A program made the position numbers and the translations under genes. The notes under the pieces were generated by a model. That model made no database searches, was not told the origin of the DNA, and worked only from the letters and a program-made list of their open reading frames with translations. A stretch of 60,788 nt of DNA from an uncultured Planctomycetales bacterium. GTDB lineage: Bacteria; Planctomycetota; Planctomycetia; Pirellulales; Thermoguttaceae. Positions 28,592-36,000 of this stretch are shown piece by piece; position 1 is the first letter of the stretch, and every line of letters starts with the position of its first letter. The stretch lies in NCBI GenBank assembly GCA_946541595.1, contig CAMNJU010000001.1, positions 1 through 60,788 on the forward strand, given 5' to 3'.

Positions 28592-29605
28592 CTATTCTGA
28601 ACGCAAAATCCCAAGAGCAGCGTCGCCAGAATAGAGAGTCTCACCCTGTTCAGACTTTAAAACAAGGGGACAGGATGAAATGTCAACGTTTGATTTTCCA
28701 AAACGTTCGCTAAAACAATCGCGTATTAGTCTTTCAAGAACGCGCGCTTCGAAGCCGGGAGTATGACCGGACAGCATTACAAAGCAATACTCGTTCTTTA
28801 AAATACTCAGAATATTGCGCAGCAGAGGCTCTAAATCCCGAGATATCCGCCAAACTTCGCCATGCGATCCGTGTCCGTAACTCGGAGGATCAAGAATTAC
28901 GCCGTCGTAATATGAATTTCGTTTGACTTCCCTTTTAACAAATTTCGTCGAATCGTCGACAATCCAACGTATCTTGTCAAAAGCGTTCTGTGAATACGCT
29001 TCAAGCGAAAGTTCTGCGTTTCGCCTTGCTTGCGCTACGACGTTACGCGCCGCGTCAAGATGAGTAACCTCTGCTCCGGCGCTTGCGGCGGCAAGCGTAC
29101 TGCCGCCCGTATACGCAAAGAGATTTAAAACACGCAAAGGACGGCTAAGTCGTTGCGTTCCCTCTTGGCAGAGTTCGATAATACGATCCCAATTTTTTGC
29201 CTGTTCCGGAAAGACTCCAACATGCCCAAACGGCGAACCCTTTAATTCCAATACGAAACGATTCGCATAGGTTATCGTCCAAGGCTTACTAGAAATTCGA
29301 TCGGCGTCTCCTCCCAATCCTAATACACGATCGTCTTCTTTGCAAGAGAAATAGGATCTGCCCACGTCAGAATGAGGAAACCAAACGCCTCGAAATCCTA
29401 ACGCCGTTATATCGTTTTTATAATTCTTCCGACATTCGTTCTTGCGCTCGACAAACCGTGCGTCGGCGTTCCGCCAAATACTCTCATCCTTTGGCGAAAT
29501 TCCGTGTGCGCTCGGACAGAACCGATCAAGCGTCAGTTCTCCGAAACGCTCTAAACGCCGGCCGTTTCCAAAATCAAGAAGGGAATATTGGTCTTGTGAA
29601 AACAT
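28592..29605 (-). CDS. Class I SAM-dependent methyltransferase (RlmI/RlmK-like, PF10672-type)
   Basis: SAM-binding LNLFAYTGGSTLAAASAGA-EVTHLDAA and the catalytic-region motif GVILDPPSYG. ATG start. Confidence 0.7.
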   Translation of the reverse strand: MFSQDQYSLLDFGNGRRLERFGELTLDRFCPSAHGISPKDESIWRNADARFVERKNECRKNYKNDITALGFRGVWFPHSDVGRSYFSCKEDDRVLGLGGDADRISSKPWTITYANRFVLELKGSPFGHVGVFPEQAKNWDRIIELCQEGTQRLSRPLRVLNLFAYTGGSTLAAASAGAEVTHLDAARNVVAQARRNAELSLEAYSQNAFDKIRWIVDDSTKFVKREVKRNSYYDGVILDPPSYGHGSHGEVWRISRDLEPLLRNILSILKNEYCFVMLSGHTPGFEARVLERLIRDCFSERFGKSNVDISSCPLVLKSEQGETLYSGDAALGILRSE

Positions 29606-29760
29606 TGGTTATCTATATGTCCTTTTACTGCGCTTTTGAGCGAAAACTAAGGCGCTTGCCATTATAAGCGGCGCAATTAATTTGAGTATGGGGTAAATTA
29701 TCAAAATGGCGCGCAATCACCCTGGACTTGAAAAGTTAATAATAAAAAGCAAAAAGGACC

Positions 29761-29788
29761 TTGTCATAATTGGAAACGGTATTAGAAT
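29761..29788 (+). promoter_or_regulatory. Sigma-70-like promoter for the tRNA-Pro pair
   Basis: TTGTCA (29761-29766), a 16-nt spacer and TAGAAT (29783-29788). The first tRNA starts 12 nt downstream. Confidence 0.55.
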
Positions 29789-29800
29789 AGTGAAACCAAT

Positions 29801-29876
29801 CGGGGCATGGCGCAGTCTGGTTTAGCGCGTTTGACTGGGGGTCAAAAGGTCGCTGGTTCGAATCCAGTTGCCCCGA
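29801..29876 (+). tRNA. tRNA-Pro (anticodon GGG), copy 1
   Basis: 76-nt cloverleaf. Acceptor CGGGGCA/TGCCCCG, D-arm GCGC...GCGC, anticodon stem TTTGA/TCAAA with loop CTGGGGG (anticodon GGG), T-arm GCTGG-TTCGAAT-CCAGT, discriminator A. No CCA is encoded. Confidence 0.9.
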
Positions 29877-29914
29877 CTTAAGATTCGGTTTTAACCGCAT
29901 CGCACCATATTTTC

Positions 29915-29990
29915 CGGGGCATGGCGCAGTCTGGTTTAGCGCGTTTGACTGGGGGTCAAAAGGTCGCTGGTTCGAATCCAGTTGCCCCGA
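29915..29990 (+). tRNA. tRNA-Pro (anticodon GGG), copy 2, identical to copy 1
   Basis: The same 76 nt as 29801-29876, base for base, after a 38-nt spacer. Confidence 0.9.
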
Positions 29991-29998
29991 CTTTAAAA

Positions 29999-30030
29999 CC
30001 TCGTTTTTCTAAACGGGGTTTTTCTTTTTC
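29999..30030. terminator. Rho-independent terminator after the tRNA pair. It may also serve the convergent gene ending at 30049.
   Basis: CCTCGTTT (29999-30006) pairs with AAACGGGG (30011-30018), giving 8 bp including one G-U. The loop is TTCT and the hairpin is followed by TTTTTCTTTTTC. Confidence 0.7.
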
Positions 30031-30048
30031 TTGGCTCCTTCTCCAAGT

Positions 30049-32886
30049 TCAGTCAATGTTTCTCTCTATTTTCTGATATGACTCAATCAAAAGTTCACGA
30101 ATTGCTTCGACTGAGAAGTCGTCTTCCGATTTGAACCTCAAATAAACAGAGTCAAATTCCCCGTCTTTTTCCGCCAAAGCTATTTCAGGTTCAAAACCTA
30201 TCCCGTCAATTCGCTCTTGCGAAACTTCCCCCTTGGGGAAATTAACTTGCAGACATAAAAAATCGCTATTCTTAGTGAATAATTGAACCCACGGATACTT
30301 TCCTCCTGCGATTGTATAAGGGACGGAAGTTCTGTTCGTCCAAACGCTCGCGGCGTTTCGTCCCACCTTCTCAACGACTTCTAAGACAGATTCAAGCAAC
30401 TGCGTCGGCCAAAGCGCCTTATCGCTTGAACCGTAAAAACCATTTTGAGACGTATGCCACTTTCGTCCCTGCGTCTTCCAAGGCGTTAAATCGACGTCGT
30501 TTTCTTTACCGGAGTCAATAACGTCTGAAAAACGCTCAACTGCGAGATTGATGAAATTCCAAAACTCCGGTCGGTCTATTTCAGACAAAGAATAGACCTT
30601 CAGCTCTATTTCTTGCCAAGGACCAAAATTCTCAAATTTGACTCTCGGAAGCGTTCCGTATAAAGGAATCTCTTCAATCTCTTTGAGGGGACACAGAGCA
30701 AGCTTTCGAGTGAGTAACCCACGGTCAAACGTGTTTTTAGCGGTACGGAATTTTAGGCGCAGCAACCATTCTTCATTTGTGACAGCTCGCATAAACCACG
30801 CGCTTGTTTTCGATTCCGCGTGGATCTCGACAACACTGCGATTCATCCAATTGGCGTCGGCAAAAATTGGAAAATCTTCTAAACGGTCAACAATTGCGCT
30901 AAGAGCACGCCCTTCCCATTTGCAAGTTTCTCCGGAACGGGTAGTTCTAAACTGTGTGTGCCATCTTTTGCCGTCAACCTCCCACGGCTGTTCAAGACTG
31001 TCCGACTGAACTTCGTTCGATATCGAATCGTAAGTTACCGTACGATTTCTCTTAAGATTCTCCCAATAAGCCCGTGCAGACAAAACGGCTCGTTCTTCAA
31101 AAATGGCGTTCTTGAAAACAGGTATCAACGCCTCGCCAGTATAACTGCGAGGGGCGTTTTTACGAAATACAGGCGAAGTCTGCCATTGAGCTGCATAACT
31201 GAGGAGCTGTTCCGGAACTCCCGCAAAAACAAGTCTTCCTCCTTCTAGTCCAGCTTCTGGTCCAATCTCGATAATCCAATCCGCATTTTTAACAACGTCT
31301 AAATTATGCTCGACAACGATGACGGTATTTCCCAGATCAACGAGACGGTGTAGAACTTCCAAGAGTTTACGAACGTCTTCAAAGTGCAGTCCAGTGGTAG
31401 GCTCGTCGAGAATATAAAGAGTACGTCCAGTGTCAATCTGAGATAACTCCGCAGCTAATTTAATACGCTGTGCTTCGCCGCCAGAAAGAGTCGTCGCGGG
31501 CTGTCCCAAAGGTAAATAATCAAGCCCGACGTCGCAAAGAGTACGCAAAATTGCCGCGAGCGGCGGAATATGCTCAAAAAATTTCAAAGCGTCGCCACAA
31601 GTCAACTCCAAGACGTCCGCTATTGATTTACCTCGATATTTGACTTGGAGCGTCTCCTGATCATACCGTTTTCCTCCACACGCGTCGCATACGATCAGGA
31701 CGTCCGGCAAAAAATGCATTTCCACCTTGATCATTCCCGCGCCTTCACACTTATCGCAACGACCGCCCGGAACATTAAAACTAAATCGACTTGCAGAGTA
31801 ACCACGCAATTTGGCTTCGGGAAGTTGCGCAAAAAGTTGTCGAATTAAATCAAAAAGCCCCGTAAAAGTCGCGGCGTTGGACGTCGGGGTTAAGCCAATA
31901 GGCGCTTGATCAACTTTGACAACCTTGTTGATCCGATCAAAACCGATCACGCTGTCGCATGCTCCGCACGATATTTGAGAGTGGTTTAAAACGCGGGCAA
32001 GATACCGATACAACACGTCCTCAACCAAAGAACTCTTTCCGCTTCCGCTCACGCCTGTAACAACTGTAAACGCAGACAGAGGAAAGGGAACGTCAATAGA
32101 TTTCAAATTATGCTGGCGAGCTCCCTGAACAACTATCCAACCCGATTCCCAGTAAGGAAGGTCGTCGAGGGAACTGACGTCATGGGTTATTGACGCCGCT
32201 GTCTGTTTTGTTTTTTGACGCCGTGCACGACGTTTTTTCTCTTCATCGGAAACCTCGAAATCGTGAATTCGAGTATAAATTTCCGATACGTCTTCCAGCC
32301 AATTCTGGGCATTAATCGCGGAGGTGTCCTTTAACGCCGTTTCCTTGGCGCTTGCGCTAACAACTTTCTCGGACTTTCCTGAATTATTTTTCGGAGACTT
32401 CTTTCTCGACTTAACGGTTTGAGAATCCCTCTCTAATTCACTGTTTTTTTCGACTTTAGTTCTACGAATCGACCGTTTTCTTTGCGTTACGGACTCCGTC
32501 TCCAAGTCGCTTTCTATTGTCGTCTTGTCTTCAGCAAAAACCGCTGAGTTTGATTTTTTGGCACGAATTGACGCTTTTTTCTCACCGGTTCTTTTGTCTT
32601 CTGTACACTTATCCGAAGAAGATTTACGGGAAACACGTTTAGAACCTTTTATACTTGACTTCGCCGAAGTCGGCTCTTTACCGTAGGTAGTTCCCATTTC
32701 GGGATCGTCAAAAAGACTGGGTTGGTTATTACCAACTGCACGATCTGTCTTCTTGCACGAAGACGATTTCACACGCTTTGCCCCCTTTTCATCACCGCCC
32801 GTTAGCCCCTGCGATTTTTCAGGCGTTGCGTCTGAGTCTTGTAAAACTTCCGACGTTTCCGTCTTCCGTAAAGCGCGTTTTTTCAT
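30049..32886 (-). CDS. UvrA-like half protein: a Lys/Ser-rich N-terminal tail, a UvrA NBD-II-type ABC module and a duplicated C-terminal domain of unknown function
   Basis: aa 248-590 match the second half of UvrA ([37 protein letters not shown]; VDQAPIG...; [17 protein letters not shown]...CDACGGKRY; [15 protein letters not shown]; [16 protein letters not shown]; [10 protein letters not shown]). aa 1-240 are low complexity and basic. aa 591-945 have no UvrA counterpart. Confidence 0.85.
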   Translation of the reverse strand: MKKRALRKTETSEVLQDSDATPEKSQGLTGGDEKGAKRVKSSSCKKTDRAVGNNQPSLFDDPEMGTTYGKEPTSAKSSIKGSKRVSRKSSSDKCTEDKRTGEKKASIRAKKSNSAVFAEDKTTIESDLETESVTQRKRSIRRTKVEKNSELERDSQTVKSRKKSPKNNSGKSEKVVSASAKETALKDTSAINAQNWLEDVSEIYTRIHDFEVSDEEKKRRARRQKTKQTAASITHDVSSLDDLPYWESGWIVVQGARQHNLKSIDVPFPLSAFTVVTGVSGSGKSSLVEDVLYRYLARVLNHSQISCGACDSVIGFDRINKVVKVDQAPIGLTPTSNAATFTGLFDLIRQLFAQLPEAKLRGYSASRFSFNVPGGRCDKCEGAGMIKVEMHFLPDVLIVCDACGGKRYDQETLQVKYRGKSIADVLELTCGDALKFFEHIPPLAAILRTLCDVGLDYLPLGQPATTLSGGEAQRIKLAAELSQIDTGRTLYILDEPTTGLHFEDVRKLLEVLHRLVDLGNTVIVVEHNLDVVKNADWIIEIGPEAGLEGGRLVFAGVPEQLLSYAAQWQTSPVFRKNAPRSYTGEALIPVFKNAIFEERAVLSARAYWENLKRNRTVTYDSISNEVQSDSLEQPWEVDGKRWHTQFRTTRSGETCKWEGRALSAIVDRLEDFPIFADANWMNRSVVEIHAESKTSAWFMRAVTNEEWLLRLKFRTAKNTFDRGLLTRKLALCPLKEIEEIPLYGTLPRVKFENFGPWQEIELKVYSLSEIDRPEFWNFINLAVERFSDVIDSGKENDVDLTPWKTQGRKWHTSQNGFYGSSDKALWPTQLLESVLEVVEKVGRNAASVWTNRTSVPYTIAGGKYPWVQLFTKNSDFLCLQVNFPKGEVSQERIDGIGFEPEIALAEKDGEFDSVYLRFKSEDDFSVEAIRELLIESYQKIERNID

Positions 32887-33009
32887 AGCATGTCCAATCC
32901 GTTATTTCTAACGTCGCTTTAATAAAGCAACTTTCCGTATCGGGAAAAAATAAAAGTCGTACAAAACAATTTGCCAGACGGCGACAAAAGTTCCAGTTAT
33001 CAACGCTAA

Positions 33010-36000
33010 TCAGAGCAAAATCCGACGGTTTACAGGAATAGGAATCCCCTTCTTGCCAGATAAATATGGACCGGTTGTCGAATTAGCGTTTTGTTTAACC
33101 TCGTCTACGGTTCCCGACGCGACTACCAATCCTCCCTGTGCGCCCGCACGAGGGCCAAAGTCTATTACATTGTCGGCGCTTTCAATCACTTCTTGATCGT
33201 GCTCGACGACAATAACGGTGTTTCCAAGGTCACGCAATTTTTTCAACGCGGCAATAAGTCGACAGTTATCGCGATTATGAAGTCCAATCGTGGGCTCGTC
33301 CAAAACGTATAACACGCCAACAAGCCCACTGCCAATCTGCGCAGCCAGACGAATACGTTGCGCTTCTCCGCCGGAGAGAGACGGTGTTGGACGCGACAGG
33401 GTCAAGTAATCGAGACCAACGTCCGATAAAAAACGCAGCCGCGAAATGATTTCCTCAAATAAATCCCCAGCAATCGCCTTTTCAAGTTCGGTAAATTGCA
33501 GGTTTTCGAAGAAAGCCACAAGTTCCCCAATCGGCGTTCTGCAAATTTGATCAAGAGTTAGGTCGTGAAAACGAACGGCAGAAACGTCGTCACGCAGCCG
33601 ACTCCCCAAACATGCCGAGCATTCATGCTCGTCAATTTGATATTCCAACCTCCCTCGATAGTATGGAACCAAACGTCCAGCCTCCTCAGTCGCAGAGTAA
33701 ACGCCTTTAAATTGGAACTGAAAAACAACCCTGTTTGCGCTTGCTCTGGTCCAATCTAAAGCTCCTTCTGCCCGATCGTTCGGACTCTCGGCAACGCGAG
33801 CTGCTTCTAAATCACATTCAAGAACCTGAATCCAACGTTCGCCGGTTCCGTTGAAAACAAATCTGCGGAATCTCGCGTCAAGACGGTCAAAGGGGACGTC
33901 AAGAGGAGTTCCTGTTTCACGCGCAAATGCGCGCATCATAGCGGTTGTCGTAGGAGTTCTGAAATCGGACCAAATCGAAACTGCGCCTTCTGCAAGCGTT
34001 AATTTCGGATCCCTAATAAAATTGTGAGGATTAGCTCCGGAATGTACCCCCAACCCCTCGCAGTGCGGGCACCAACCTAAAGGACTATTAAAGGAAAAAT
34101 GGCGAGGCGTAAGCGCTTCAAAAGCTCGCCCGCATTTCTCGCAAGATAGCTTTTGACTCATAGTCTGAACGATCCAATCACGTTCAGGTCTTCGATCGTC
34201 GGCAATTATCAATCTAACGACGCCTTTTCCCCATTCCAACGCGGTCTCAACGCTGCCAGCTACGCGTCCCCTGCGGTTGCGCTCCGCCTTTTCGTCTGAA
34301 CTAATCTTTAGTTGGAAACGGTCGACAATGACGTCTACTTCAACAAGCGATTTGCGGCTTATTTCAGGAGGTTCGTCTAACGAATATGTCGTTCCGTTTA
34401 CGCGCACACGGGAAAACCCCTGTGCACGTAAACGTTCCCATAACTTCGGATAGTCTTCCCCAGAATCTAACGAAAGCGGCGCTGTCAGTAATGCGCGCGC
34501 TCCGGTATTTTGAAGCATAATCCGTGCGACGATTTGATCCGTAGTTTGCGCCCCGATCGGCAAACCGCAATCTGGACAATAAGGAGTTCCCAATCGAGCA
34601 AAAACTACGCGTAAGTAATCGTGAACTTCCGTAACGGTTCCAACTGTCGAACGCGGAGATTTGCTCGTCGATTTCTGCTCAATTGCAATAGAAGGTGAAA
34701 TCCCTATCGTTTTTTCTACTTTCGGCTTCTGAATTTGTCCTAAAAACTGTCGTGCATAGCTAGAAAGACTTTCGACATAGCGTCTTCTTCCTTCTGCGTA
34801 AGCCACGTCGATCGCCAAAGACGATTTACCGCTTCCGCTCGGTCCGCAACAAACGGTCAACTTATTGCGTGGAATTTCTACTGAAATGTTCTGCAAATTA
34901 TGTTCCTGAGCGCCTCGAATAATAATAGGACCTTCAACGTCGGATTCAGCGAAAAGATCGGTCGTTTTATCCTCGGACGAAGCTAATTTCTGGACCAATT
35001 TAGCCCGATCACGATTCAGGAATTCCTTCAAGGCCACGCCGGTATGCGAATTCGGATTAGCAGCAATATCTTCCGGGGAACCTTCGGCAACTATTTGTCC
35101 ACCGGCTTCCCCCCCTTCCGGGCCTAAATCAATGACCCAATCCGCCATTTTGATAACGTCTAAATTGTGCTCGACAATGAGTACCGTATTGCCCGCGTCG
35201 GCAAAACTGCGAAGCACTTTCAAGAGGAGACGAACATCGGCAAAATGTAATCCAGTCGTTGGTTCGTCGAGAAGATACATGGTCTTACCAGAACTCTTTT
35301 TGACGAGTTCTTTTGCTAATTTGACACGCTGCGCCTCGCCGCCTGAGAGCGTCGGAGACGGTTGACCAAGCTTCATATAACCAAGACCGACTTCATAAAG
35401 AGTTTGTAATTTTTCACGAATCTTTGGAATATTCTCGAAATGCTTCAGAGCCGACTCAACGTCGAGTTCCAAGACTTGATCAATCGATAAACCCTTATAC
35501 TTTACAGCGATTGTCTCTTGATTAAACCTACGGCCTCCGCAAACAGGACAAGTCGCCCAGACGTCGGAAAGAAAATCCATTTCGAGACGAGTTGAACCGT
35601 TTCCCTCGCAAGCTTCGCAGCGGCCGCCCGGCACGTTAAAACTGAACCGACCGGGCGTAAAACCTTTTGCGCGAGCCTCCGGAGTTTCTGCATAGAGCTT
35701 TCGTATTTCGTCAAACAACTTTATGTATGTCGCCGAATTCGATCGGGGCGTACGTCCAATCGGAGATTGATCTATCGAAATCAATTTATTTAAGTATTCA
35801 ACACCCTCTATTGATTTATAATGTCCCGGTCTACCGTTAGCCCTATTTAATTCCCGCGCAAGAATTTCCTTCAAGACGTCGTTGACAAAAGAACTTTTTC
35901 CGCTTCCGCTCACTCCCGTAATACAAACGACCCCACCCAGGGGTATTTTCACGTCGATATTCTTCAAATTGTGATGGGTAACGCCGTGAACCACGAGCCA

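Larger units (their letters stand above)
29801..29990 (+). repeat. Perfect tandem duplication of a 76-nt tRNA gene
   Basis: Two identical 76-nt units separated by 38 nt of unrelated spacer. Confidence 0.9.

Noticed and set aside
29801-29990. tRNA-Pro duplication as the scar (attL/attR) of an integrated mobile element
   Set aside because: Integration usually duplicates only the 3' part of a tRNA and leaves an integrase and cargo between the copies. Here two full-length identical genes are 38 nt apart, and no integrase or foreign-looking genes lie nearby.
32887-33012. Interpreting the split between the 1782-aa and 945-aa UvrA-like ORFs as a simple frameshift or nonsense pseudogene
   Set aside because: The downstream ORF does not continue the upstream frame after a short gap. 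A 123-bp spacer separates them, and the downstream ORF has its own ATG followed by 240 aa of basic sequence unrelated to UvrA before the NBD-II begins. All ATPase and zinc motifs on both sides are intact. A sequencing error cannot be excluded without reads.
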